Of a stretch of DNA of 64,000 bases, positions 29,498 to 38,211 are shown piece after piece (positions within the stretch are counted from its first letter, which is position 1; every line of letters begins with the position of its first letter). Made by a program: the position numbers and the translations under genes. This stretch comes from a virus. The stretch lies in IMG/VR virus record IMGVR_UViG_3300002835_000050, positions 50,551 through 114,550 of that record. One strand, given 5' to 3'. The notes beneath the pieces were generated by a model that was given only the letters and a program-made list of their open reading frames with translations, searched no databases and was not told where the DNA came from.

Positions 29498-29704
29498 TTA
29501 TTTATTAAAATGGATTAAGAAGCTTATTTTCCTTTTAATTGTAGGATACTCACTTAATAACCATAAAACTAAGTCATCTTGTTCTGAATCATCAATATGG
29601 AACTCTCCATAAGTATTTAACTTGTGTCCTTGTAACACTTCATTTTGTTGTAAATGCTCAGGAATCTCTGATAATTTAATTACTGCTTTTGTTATATATT
29701 TCAT
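29498..29704 (-). CDS. Hypothetical protein
   Basis: ORF in array. Confidence 0.55.
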   Translation of the reverse strand: MKYITKAVIKLSEIPEHLQQNEVLQGHKLNTYGEFHIDDSEQDDLVLWLLSEYPTIKRKISFLIHFNK

Positions 29705-29705
29705 A

Positions 29706-29840
29706 CTACTTCTTTTTTTTAACTAAAGGATTAGCTTTTTCTAAACAATCATTACATACCCAAACTCCAATCTCTTGCATTTCAGATTTAACTTTATCTA
29801 AATGACAATAGTAACAATTCTTTTTTACTTCTTTTTCCAT
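29706..29840 (-). CDS. Small zinc-finger protein (44 aa)
   Basis: MEKEVKKNCYYC...VCNDCLEK... Confidence 0.6.
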   Translation of the reverse strand: MEKEVKKNCYYCHLDKVKSEMQEIGVWVCNDCLEKANPLVKKKK

Positions 29841-29841
29841 C

Positions 29842-30258
29842 TTAGTTTGTTTTTGTTTCAACAAGTTCAATTAGTTTGTCAAGACATTCAAGTTCTGCTT
29901 CTTCATAAGTATCAAAGTCAACTATATGTTCCCAATAATTTACGGACTCAGGGTGTTTTAAAAAACCTATTTTATTATTACCGTATGAATATCTGTGAAC
30001 TACTTTACCTTTAAATCTATCATATCTAGATTGTATGAAAGAAGGGATCTCATACTCCTCTCTAAACCATCTAAATGCTTGTTGGAATGTTGGTCTTGAT
30101 GTCCAATTTAAAAATGAAGTATTATAGTCCCAACCCTCTATTGTTAAAACATCAGAAAGCATAGGCTTATTTTCGCCATAATAAGTTAAGCATCTTTCTT
30201 TAAATCCAAGTGCTTTGAGCTTTGAAGCCTGCTCATAAGGTATAAATTCTTTTTCCAT
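29842..30258 (-). CDS. MEKEFIPYE-family phage protein
   Basis: P.FQQAFRWFRE...TYEEAELECL.KLIE. Confidence 0.7.
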   Translation of the reverse strand: MEKEFIPYEQASKLKALGFKERCLTYYGENKPMLSDVLTIEGWDYNTSFLNWTSRPTFQQAFRWFREEYEIPSFIQSRYDRFKGKVVHRYSYGNNKIGFLKHPESVNYWEHIVDFDTYEEAELECLDKLIELVETKTN

Positions 30259-30646
30259 TTTATTTTGATTTATTTATTCTTTTACCTACATTATATCCTG
30301 CCCAAAACCAAAGTATAAAGCCTATATGTGATAATATTAATACCATCTTATTCTGATTTAAGATTTATATACTCTGTACAGCGCATAGATTCCAAAAAGA
30401 GTAAGACATATTATTGCTACTAATTTGGTCATTTGAATTATATCTTCCATTTTATTCTGATTTATAGATTAATTTTTCTAATATAAACAACTCTACCTCT
30501 ACCTACATTTAACTTTTGTAAAACATCCTCTTCACTGTGTGCCCATAATGTAGTTGTTGTGTACTCTACTTCTATAGGCATTGTGTATGATAACCCTCCA
30601 AGTGATGTCCAATATTTTATTTCATACTTCATCTTATTCTGATTTA
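30256..30646 (-). repeat. Four 17-nt direct repeats TAAATCARAATAARATG separating three mini-genes
   Basis: Copies at 30256-30272, 30344-30360, 30448-30464, 30630-30646; mini-ORFs 30260-30346 (28 aa), 30358-30450 (30 aa), 30462-30632 (56 aa). Confidence 0.9.
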
Positions 30647-30849
30647 GTTTTGTTGTATAAATGTTCTAGATACTCTTTCTTTTCTGGATTATCTACATTA
30701 CTCCAATCAACTAATTGTTCTTCTGTAGTTGCTTTAGCCGTTTGAATATATCCAGGTAAACTGTTATTCTCTTCTACTGCAGTAGCTACAATCATAGCAA
30801 TTATAATAACACCAAAGTACCATTTGTATAATTCAATCTCCTTCTTCAT
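30634..30849 (-). CDS. Small membrane-anchored protein
   Basis: N-terminal TM helix; ends KSE within a junction repeat. Confidence 0.6.
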   Translation of the reverse strand: MKKEIELYKWYFGVIIIAMIVATAVEENNSLPGYIQTAKATTEEQLVDWSNVDNPEKKEYLEHLYNKTKSE

Positions 30850-30851
30850 TA

Positions 30852-31133
30852 TTAGTTCCTGTAAAGTTTGGCAATTCTTTTTTGTTCTTGCTCTCTCTTC
30901 TCAAAATCCTCTCTAAGACAATTTTTGAAGTTTCTTTCAGTGAGCTCAATCTTTTTGATCTCTTCTGGATCCTCAATATCAAGTAAGATATTTTTTCTTT
31001 TTTCTTTTTCATACAATTCCCAGTTATAAATTTCCATTTGTTTCATTTCAGACATTTCTCCAATAGTTAAACCTTCTGGTATGCCATCATTAGCTTCCAT
31101 GACCTGCATGTAGACTTCTTTCATTCTTCCCAT
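30852..31133 (-). CDS. Hypothetical protein
   Basis: MGRMKE start. Confidence 0.6.
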   Translation of the reverse strand: MGRMKEVYMQVMEANDGIPEGLTIGEMSEMKQMEIYNWELYEKEKRKNILLDIEDPEEIKKIELTERNFKNCLREDFEKREQEQKRIAKLYRN

Positions 31134-31561
31134 TCTAAACCTTTTTTAATTAATTCTCTAATTGCAGTATGCATATACATATCATTTTTATCAGCATACA
31201 TCTTTACTTGGCCATATAACATTTGATCCAAACTTAACATGACTTTGCTTCTTTGCTTAAGCTTAGATTTTATATTAGGTTCAGGAAAAGTAAATGGAAA
31301 TAACTTTTGTACTTCTGTAGTATTCTTAATGAATGTACCATCTTGCAATAACAACAAGAAATAAGGAATCTTTTTAGATATGTTTATTGTACTTCTATCA
31401 ATTTTAAATATAAAACCTAACTCATCTTCAGTTAAATTAAACTTATAAAACATTAAGGCTAGTAAATAGTTTCTATTATCTAAGTAGTTTCTTTTTCTTG
31501 TTTTCTTGATTATAAACACATTGGTTAAATAATCCCGGACATCTGTTTCTGTATAACTCAT
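31121..31561 (-). CDS. DNA-binding protein (DnaA-C-like HTH plus RHH-like tail)
   Basis: TRKRNYLDNR...ELGFIFKIDRSTI; C-terminal AIRELIKKGL. Confidence 0.5.
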   Translation of the reverse strand: MSYTETDVRDYLTNVFIIKKTRKRNYLDNRNYLLALMFYKFNLTEDELGFIFKIDRSTINISKKIPYFLLLLQDGTFIKNTTEVQKLFPFTFPEPNIKSKLKQRSKVMLSLDQMLYGQVKMYADKNDMYMHTAIRELIKKGLEWEE

Positions 31562-31725
31562 AAGAAAAACGGAAATAATAGCCCTTTAAATTCAGATACT
31601 AAGGCCCCAATAGTAATTGTATTTAAGAAGCTATGATCATGAGACCATAACCACATAAAATACAATGTCATTATTTGAGACAGCACAACATATAGCCATA
31701 CTGCTCCTATAAACATTTTTTCCAT
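31558..31725 (-). CDS. Small membrane protein (55 aa)
   Basis: Translated by hand: MEKMFIGAVWLYVVL...LLFPFFL. Confidence 0.55.
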   Translation of the reverse strand: MEKMFIGAVWLYVVLSQIMTLYFMWLWSHDHSFLNTITIGALVSEFKGLLFPFFL

Positions 31726-31741
31726 AAAATTTGATTTTTAA

Positions 31742-32014
31742 TTAGACAGCTAGTTCTTCTTCAATTAACTCTTCTTCCTCTACTGCATTTTCTAATGATT
31801 GATCTATTAAGATACCAAATCTATCAGCATCATAATACTCATAAGGAAAAGAATTTTTAGATAAAGATACTTCTTTAAGAAGATATCCAAACTTACCTGC
31901 TTGGATACCCATTTTTACTGTTTCAGTAACAGTATAGATAGTGCCTTCCTTAATCCACTCATTTTGAGGAATCTTAACTGGCTTTTTAGTATCATTAATG
32001 CATATGACTTTCAT
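31742..32014 (-). CDS. Hypothetical protein
   Basis: MKVICIND...EGTIYTV...RF. Confidence 0.65.
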   Translation of the reverse strand: MKVICINDTKKPVKIPQNEWIKEGTIYTVTETVKMGIQAGKFGYLLKEVSLSKNSFPYEYYDADRFGILIDQSLENAVEEEELIEEELAV

Positions 32015-32249
32015 GTTCTTCTACAGTAACTTTAAGTCCCAAAGATACTAAATCTTCACTTATAGTTTGCATATCATACCATGAACCATTTTTTATATGA
32101 CATTTACCGTTACTATGTGTAATTAATGCACACTGCTCAGCTTGAATAGGATCATGATTACATAATTTAATCAAGCAAGCCATAACATAAGGAAAATCAT
32201 TTATGTCATCATTGTGCATTATAAGTTTGTGTGTATCAGATATATCCAT
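31995..32249 (-). CDS. clpS: ClpS-like Clp protease adaptor
   Basis: LIMHNDDINDFPYV..CL...H...QAEQCALITHSNGKC...GL. Confidence 0.8.
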   Translation of the reverse strand: MDISDTHKLIMHNDDINDFPYVMACLIKLCNHDPIQAEQCALITHSNGKCHIKNGSWYDMQTISEDLVSLGLKVTVEEHESHMH

Positions 32250-32266
32250 ATAACTAATATAATAAA

Positions 32267-33358
32267 TTATAATGTAATGTTAAAGTTTTTCCAGAGTATT
32301 TTACTTTGGTCAAATCCTTCTAGAGCATCTTTTACCCATTTTTCATCTACAGTGTCTTTATAACATAAAATGTGGATAATAGCTTTATCATCAGGATTTA
32401 ATCTGAGAAGCCGCCCGATGCGCTGACTGGCCTTACGCTCATTACCATAAGCATGCATGATAATACCTTGTTTTAAATCTGGTATGTTTATACCTTCATT
32501 TAACTGCAGAACAGTTGAAAGTTTATTAATCTTACCATTTTTAAATAAATCTAAGTTTACCTCAGATTGGGTATTATTACTATGATAACTATAATTACAT
32601 AGTTTATCAGCTTGATCTTGAGTATTAGCAAACAGAATACATTTACTTTGGATGTCTTCAAATAATTTTTTAGCATAGTGCTCTTTACTTGGATACTCCA
32701 TCATAGCTTTCATTCTCATAACTCTCATAATATGTACTGGACCAGAACCTGTTTCTAGTCTATTACACCAGTAACTATAGTTCTGAACTTCAGATGTCAT
32801 AAATGATCTGTTCTTCATATTAACTGGAAAGTTCTTCTGATTACTTAAGTAAAGCTCATGTACAATGATTTGATAATCATTTAAGATACCGTTCTCAATA
32901 GCTTCATCTGCTTTAAAAGTATATGCTACAGGACAGAATTCATGTACTAACTTACCTTTTTCTGAATCTTTATATCTAGGTGGAGTACCCGTTAAACCTA
33001 GTACTTTACCTTTATATAATTGCAAAAATCCCCGGTGACTATCAAGTAATGAATGACATTCATCTAGACATACAATATCAAAGTCTTTTGGATCTTTCTT
33101 ATTCAGACTTAAGTAAGTAGTAAATACTATTCTACCTAATAAATGATGCATATTAAACTTTTCAGCATCATCTTTCCATGACTGAAATATTGCTTTTTTA
33201 GGAGCAACTACCAGTATTCTCATTAGTGGTGTACTGTTTCTCTCAATATAGTTTAGGCCAACAAGGGTCTTACCGACCCCTGTGCCTAAACAGATTGAAC
33301 TTCTTTGTTTACTATCAGTAGCAGCTAATGCTTCTAGTTGTATGTCTTGTCTGTCCAT
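32267..33358 (-). CDS. Superfamily 2 helicase
   Basis: GTGVGKT, DECH, LTGT, LNEGINIP, QRIGRLLR. Confidence 0.9.
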   Translation of the reverse strand: MDRQDIQLEALAATDSKQRSSICLGTGVGKTLVGLNYIERNSTPLMRILVVAPKKAIFQSWKDDAEKFNMHHLLGRIVFTTYLSLNKKDPKDFDIVCLDECHSLLDSHRGFLQLYKGKVLGLTGTPPRYKDSEKGKLVHEFCPVAYTFKADEAIENGILNDYQIIVHELYLSNQKNFPVNMKNRSFMTSEVQNYSYWCNRLETGSGPVHIMRVMRMKAMMEYPSKEHYAKKLFEDIQSKCILFANTQDQADKLCNYSYHSNNTQSEVNLDLFKNGKINKLSTVLQLNEGINIPDLKQGIIMHAYGNERKASQRIGRLLRLNPDDKAIIHILCYKDTVDEKWVKDALEGFDQSKILWKNFNITL

Positions 33359-33359
33359 G

Positions 33360-34097
33360 TTAAATTAAATTGAATACATTCTTTTGAATAAATTTATTAG
33401 CATAAGAAGGATCTGACATAACTTTAATTGTTTTAATGTGCTCCTCAATATTTGCTAATGTTTTCTTATGATCATATGTAGGATAAGCTTGAATAAATAC
33501 AGTTAAGAATTGTTTCTTAACCCATCTATCAGCAACTCCAATCTTAATAAATAGATCACTAAATGCTTTACACATTTCTTGAGCTTTAGGATTAGTTACT
33601 CTAAACTCTCCATTTTTAATCTTAGCACTAGCAGCAGAAACACTATTATATGAATTATTATTATTACAAATTGCTGCAATCATTAAAGATTCTAAATTAT
33701 ATAACCCCATATACTCACTAAGTTTAACATAATCAGGACTATAAAATGAAAATGCATGAATGTAATCTTTTAACTGCCAAGACTTAGATGAATTGTTATA
33801 ATAAGCCATTTTTCTAATAAGGTCTTCTTTGTCAATTACTTCAACATACTCATATCTTACCGGAATTTGTTCTCTTCTACAACAATCTAATAAATGATCA
33901 CCATCTATTACATATGTTAATTTTGATCCTGTAAAGAAATCTACTTTACAACAAATAACTTGTCTTGTGTTCCCTAATACGCGAACACTTTCTACTAATT
34001 CTTGTGTATGCTTAGACAATGTTGGTCTTTGCATTGGTAATCTGTTAAACATATTATAATTTGTTGTAACAGGAATTTTAATAAAATCATTTTTCAT
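33360..34097 (-). CDS. ParB/Srx-like domain protein
   Basis: YVIDGDHL (variant of DGQHR), N...W...DY. Confidence 0.55.
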   Translation of the reverse strand: MKNDFIKIPVTTNYNMFNRLPMQRPTLSKHTQELVESVRVLGNTRQVICCKVDFFTGSKLTYVIDGDHLLDCCRREQIPVRYEYVEVIDKEDLIRKMAYYNNSSKSWQLKDYIHAFSFYSPDYVKLSEYMGLYNLESLMIAAICNNNNSYNSVSAASAKIKNGEFRVTNPKAQEMCKAFSDLFIKIGVADRWVKKQFLTVFIQAYPTYDHKKTLANIEEHIKTIKVMSDPSYANKFIQKNVFNLI

Positions 34098-34124
34098 AAT
34101 CAGAATTTTTAATCAGTTAATAAA

Positions 34125-34538
34125 TTATTTTAACCAGCCCAATGTTCTGGCTTCTGCAGGATTATTGTGAATATGGTTATGACAGCTCCTGCAAACTGCT
34201 AACCATGTACTTTGAATCAAATAAAAGGCTTCTCTGTTTGAACCGGCATATTTATGATGCACATCACTGGCACCATTCATACAACCGGTTACAGAGACCT
34301 GACATACTGGATTTTCATTTAGAAATCTTTCTCTTAATTTAAGATACTCAACATCTTTCTTTTTTCTTTTAGAAGAAACCAGAGGGATTTTATAATCAGT
34401 TGGTTTCTGTGAACTGTCTGTATCAATGGCTTTTTGGCAACTCCAACAATACTTGCAATACTTGAATCCCTCATGGTTCTTCCAGATCATAGATGGTTTT
34501 TGACATCCATCACACATTTTAAGTTTACTTTTTATCAT
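34125..34538 (-). CDS. HNH nuclease with N-terminal zinc finger
   Basis: CDGC...CKYC; CQV...DVHH...VCRSCHNHIH. Confidence 0.7.
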   Translation of the reverse strand: MIKSKLKMCDGCQKPSMIWKNHEGFKYCKYCWSCQKAIDTDSSQKPTDYKIPLVSSKRKKKDVEYLKLRERFLNENPVCQVSVTGCMNGASDVHHKYAGSNREAFYLIQSTWLAVCRSCHNHIHNNPAEARTLGWLK

Positions 34539-35010
34539 TTCTCAATCTTGGTAACTGGTTTTGAGGTCCATCTAAACTTAAAAAGTTTTTAGGTAACACT
34601 CCTTCAGCAATAAAGATAGTAATAATTTGAGACTTTTCAATACCTAAATCTTTAAAGTTTAATTTATTGATTAAAGCATCATCTGTCTCAGTTTCAGCAA
34701 GTAAAGCTTGAGTAATAGGACTCTTTGGAAACAAAGTTTCAAATATAAAGTTAGTATAACTTATAGTTGTTTGTTGTTTAAGTTTATTGATAACTACTTG
34801 AGCTTTCTTATAAACATTAATAACTCTTTGTTTCTTTTTACTACACATGGTAGTTAATTCATCTTGTGTAAGAGCACTTAGTCCATACAATGCTCTCTTA
34901 TACAAATAGTTTTGATACTGATTGTATCTGTCTTGTTGATAGCTAGTCACAGTTTGTGACCGCATCTGATAATTTCTTATCTCTTCTTTTAACTTTTCCA
35001 TAATATACAA
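34525..35010 (-). CDS. Conserved hypothetical protein
   Basis: ORF. Confidence 0.65.
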   Translation of the reverse strand: MYIMEKLKEEIRNYQMRSQTVTSYQQDRYNQYQNYLYKRALYGLSALTQDELTTMCSKKKQRVINVYKKAQVVINKLKQQTTISYTNFIFETLFPKSPITQALLAETETDDALINKLNFKDLGIEKSQIITIFIAEGVLPKNFLSLDGPQNQLPRLRNDKK

Positions 35011-35023
35011 TAAAATAATAAAT

Positions 35024-35053
35024 AAAAAATGAGAGAGATTTACACCCCTCTCA
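35024..35053 (-). terminator. Intrinsic terminator
   Basis: TGAGAGGGG-TGTAAA-TCTCTCTCA followed by T6. Confidence 0.7.
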
Positions 35054-35067
35054 CTATGTGTTTAGTC

Positions 35068-35541
35068 TTATAATGTAAAATCATTACTTGGCTTCATAGC
35101 AGAAGCAGTAACTTGTTGCGTATTATAAGCATTTCTTAATTCTTCAATATTATCATGTTGAATGGTAACATCAGCAGCATTAGCAGCACTGTTATATACA
35201 GTTTTACGGTAAATTGGTTGATCTTCAAATGTACATACAATACCAGTTTTACCTGCAATTTTTAAATCTCTATCAGGATTCTTTGTATTAAATGGAGTCA
35301 AAGACTCTTTAATAACAATTTTACCATCAAGCATTTGACCTGCATAATAACCCATTTCTTTTAAGATACCAATTGGTGCTTGTATTAAAGAACCTAATGT
35401 TTGTCTTCTTAAGAAACCATTATCATCAATAACAGTACGTACTTGTTGTAATCTAACATAACCCCATTCAGGATTGTTTGCAGATGGATAAATAACTGCA
35501 CCAGTAGCAGCATCAGCCGCTATAAATACTTTAGAGTTCAT
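35068..35541 (-). CDS. Conserved hypothetical protein
   Basis: ORF followed by a terminator. Confidence 0.7.
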   Translation of the reverse strand: MNSKVFIAADAATGAVIYPSANNPEWGYVRLQQVRTVIDDNGFLRRQTLGSLIQAPIGILKEMGYYAGQMLDGKIVIKESLTPFNTKNPDRDLKIAGKTGIVCTFEDQPIYRKTVYNSAANAADVTIQHDNIEELRNAYNTQQVTASAMKPSNDFTL

Positions 35542-35635
35542 AACTAAATAAATTAAATAAATAAATAAGTGAATTGTGAGCAGATTACTCTACTTTAGTT
35601 GCTCAAGCTATAAGTAAGGGATATCCTATAAGGAT

Positions 35636-35905
35636 TTATATTTCAGTTTGATCTGAAAGATCTATAATATCATCAAATGGTTCATCATCTGATATAATAT
35701 TGTCAACATTTTCATCATCAGCTAAATAGTCAAAGTCATAATACTTATCTTTTTTAGTCTTAATGATTGCTGAGTCTGTAAAGGGATTAATAATATGGTC
35801 GCCAAACTCTTGAGACACCATATATTGTATGTCTTGGTCTGTAAGCTCAAGGAATTGATCTACAGATAAGTATATTACTTTTCCGTTTGGTAACTGATAT
35901 AGCAT
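35636..35905 (-). CDS. Acidic hypothetical protein
   Basis: MLYQLPNGKVI. Confidence 0.65.
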   Translation of the reverse strand: MLYQLPNGKVIYLSVDQFLELTDQDIQYMVSQEFGDHIINPFTDSAIIKTKKDKYYDFDYLADDENVDNIISDDEPFDDIIDLSDQTEI

Positions 35906-35997
35906 TGTTTAAAATCCATATTACACTATAAATATATACCTAATATTTTACTTGTGTTAATTAAGATTATAAATTCTTGTACTATATAGCTAATACA

Positions 35998-36024
35998 ATA
36001 AAAAGGGGACATAAGCCCCCTTGT
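35998..36024 (-). terminator. Intrinsic terminator
   Basis: AAGGGGGC-TTAT-GTCCCCTT followed by a T-run. Confidence 0.7.
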
Positions 36025-36063
36025 TATTTTTGTTAGGAAAAGCATATCCAGAGATATACTGCA

Positions 36064-36483
36064 TTAAATTTCCTTAATTACTTCTAGTTCATCAGCTTGC
36101 ACAAAAGAAGTATCTATCTTATCATTACCACTAGCATCTACACTAGTATATTGAATGTGGTAATTGTTATAATCATGATAACCTCTGAATTCTTTTACAG
36201 TTACAACAACATTTCCGTTCTCATCACCATATTTGGCTCTAATAGCATCTTTGTTGCAACTATAACCCAAATTATTGACACTGATTTTACAAAGAGTACC
36301 TGTTGGAATAATATCAGGTAGTTTATCACCAAGCATTAACTTAAAAAATCTATTTATTGCATTATTACTTTGACACAGCATAGGAACTAGTAATTTTACA
36401 AACTCTTCTGCGTTAGGATCTTTAATAATCTTGGTTAATGCTTTTGCTATATCAGTTTCATCATATGTTACACTTATTCTCAT
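36064..36483 (-). CDS. Hypothetical protein
   Basis: ORF. Confidence 0.65.
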   Translation of the reverse strand: MRISVTYDETDIAKALTKIIKDPNAEEFVKLLVPMLCQSNNAINRFFKLMLGDKLPDIIPTGTLCKISVNNLGYSCNKDAIRAKYGDENGNVVVTVKEFRGYHDYNNYHIQYTSVDASGNDKIDTSFVQADELEVIKEI

Positions 36484-36701
36484 GTGTTTAATCTTTTGTA
36501 GTCTCTAATTTTAGCTAACAAAGATTCATTAAATGTTGTGAACCATTGTTGACCACCAATTCTATTACCAATTATAGGTATTTCATCTGTTTCAGGATGT
36601 GTAGTTTTAGCACCTGTTTGTACTAATTCTCCTTCTTGATCAATGATATCAGCACTAAAGTCAAACCCTAGTGCTGAATCAATTACATTATCTTTCATCA
36701 T
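36480..36701 (-). CDS. Hypothetical protein
   Basis: ORF with ATGA coupling. Confidence 0.6.
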   Translation of the reverse strand: MMKDNVIDSALGFDFSADIIDQEGELVQTGAKTTHPETDEIPIIGNRIGGQQWFTTFNESLLAKIRDYKRLNT

Positions 36702-37003
36702 AATCCAATTAAATTAGCTAGTGCAGAAAGTTCTTTTGAATGATTAATCTTTCTTTCAAAAATAATTACACACACTATGACTTCATTAACATGTTTACAC
36801 TTTGCAACAATCTCTTCATAAGATTTAGATAGATTACTATGATTCTTAAAACTAGCTAATGTAAGCTCAATCAATTCATCTCTTCTTTCATCTGTAATAC
36901 CAAAATTAGTATACAAGTTGTCTGTGCTATCTTCAATAATAGCTACCTTCAATTCATTAGAAGGCTTTAATTCTTTTTTTCTCTTGAATAGTTTTCCTAA
37001 CAT
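36698..37003 (-). CDS. Hypothetical protein
   Basis: Likely start MLGKLFKR; the longer track call runs into the tRNA-like element. Confidence 0.6.
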   Translation of the reverse strand: MLGKLFKRKKELKPSNELKVAIIEDSTDNLYTNFGITDERRDELIELTLASFKNHSNLSKSYEEIVAKCKHVNEVIVCVIIFERKINHSKELSALANLIGL

Positions 37004-37059
37004 AATTCTAAGTTTTAAATAAATAAATAAACAAATGCTGTCTGTTCCAGCTGTCTTAG

Positions 37060-37160
37060 AAGTGCAGACAGGATTCGAACCTGTAACCAGTTTTAACAAC
37101 TAGTAAGTTACCTCTGTATTTCTACATTCAACTGCTGTATACCAATTCCGCCACTGCACT
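37060..37160 (-). ncRNA. tRNA-like RNA with expanded anticodon arm (identity unassignable)
   Basis: Acceptor AGTGCAG/CTGCACT, D-loop GGCGGAATTGGTATAC, T-arm ACAGG-TTCGAAT-CCTGT; CAGTT/AACTG encloses 37 nt instead of 7. Confidence 0.7.
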
Positions 37161-37166
37161 ATAATA

Positions 37167-37363
37167 TACCCTGTCACTCCAAGTATGTGAATGTTAGATT
37201 TTACTTCCTTTCTACCTATGGCTAAGGCATCTACACTGAAGACTATAGATAACATCTCTCTACAAACAACTCCATCTTGGTATAGATTCTAACAATGTGA
37301 CTAATATTCACCTTTAATACCTATTATACTGAGGATTGCTATTTGTTTGCTTCAAGCAGGGTA
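37167..37363 (-). ncRNA. Candidate structured ncRNA
   Basis: Closing helix TACCCTG/CAGGGTA; nested GTCAC/GTGAC and TGTTAGA/TCTAACA; no ORF in the track. Confidence 0.45.
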
Positions 37364-37368
37364 ATATT

Positions 37369-37566
37369 TTACTTACAATTAGCACAAATTACTGGTACAC
37401 CCGCAGGCTTACCATTCTTTGGCATTGTCATAAGTTTTGCTTCATCTTCTTGAAGATAAACTTTTTCTCCTGGTTCTAAGTGTGCTCCACATACTGCACA
37501 TGTTTTACCAAGATTTTTAAATCCATTTGCAATATCATTAGCAAGAGTTTTATGTACATGTGCCAT
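37369..37566 (-). CDS. Zinc-finger protein
   Basis: CAVC...CANC. Confidence 0.65.
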   Translation of the reverse strand: MAHVHKTLANDIANGFKNLGKTCAVCGAHLEPGEKVYLQEDEAKLMTMPKNGKPAGVPVICANCK

Positions 37567-37928
37567 TACTCTTCAGTTTCAGAATTAAACTTAGATTCAA
37601 TTACACGCTCAATCATACTAACATGATATATAGCATCAAGTGCAGTGATTTTACCTGTTGTAACTTCAACTTGAATTAAATCATTAACAGATGTATCAAC
37701 TAATTCTTTAACTAAATTAAATAAAGCTTCATTCTTTTTTTGTGCTACTTCAGCTTTTTGGAACAATTGTTCATTTCCATGATGCAACTTGAAATTCTTT
37801 GCACATAAGCTATCATAAGCTTCTCTAAGTTCTTCAAATGCTTGTTTATAGTAAGCAGCATTTTTTACTGTTTTTTTAGGTACTGTTGTAACCACTTTTT
37901 TAGGTCTACCTACTTTTCTCTTTTCCAT
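37566..37928 (-). CDS. Hypothetical protein with AT-hook-like N-terminus
   Basis: KRKVGRPKK. Confidence 0.6.
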   Translation of the reverse strand: MEKRKVGRPKKVVTTVPKKTVKNAAYYKQAFEELREAYDSLCAKNFKLHHGNEQLFQKAEVAQKKNEALFNLVKELVDTSVNDLIQVEVTTGKITALDAIYHVSMIERVIESKFNSETEE

Positions 37929-37946
37929 ATGTCTGGTTTTTATAAA

Positions 37947-38201
37947 TTACAAAATTTCTGATATTACTATGTAAACTACTAGTAATATTGCTACTGCTAC
38001 AAATATAACTGCAGCACATCTGATTGGTCTCATTGATCTTTCATAGTTAATTTCATTATCAATGTGCATAATCTCAACCATAAGATCATTCTTATACATT
38101 TCTGCAGTCATAGGATCTGCTCCTATATCATGAACCATACTTAAATCAATCTTTCTCAGCTTCTTTTTCTCTTCTAGAGCTATAATCTTTTTTCTAAACA
38201 T
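37947..38201 (-). CDS. C-terminally anchored membrane protein
   Basis: Hydrophobic C-terminus. Confidence 0.6.
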   Translation of the reverse strand: MFRKKIIALEEKKKLRKIDLSMVHDIGADPMTAEMYKNDLMVEIMHIDNEINYERSMRPIRCAAVIFVAVAILLVVYIVISEIL

Positions 38202-38211
38202 TTAACATAAT

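Noticed and set aside
30256-30646. CRISPR array interpretation of the 17-nt repeats
   Set aside because: Repeats are short and non-palindromic, spacers are unequal (71, 87 and 165 nt) and are ORFs, and no cas genes were seen.
37086-37102. Ochre-suppressor (TTA) or Asn (GTT) anticodon in the tRNA-like RNA
   Set aside because: The CTAGT/ACTGG stem gives loop TGTTAAA with G rather than U at position 33, and the GTT register has no stem, so neither assignment is supportable.
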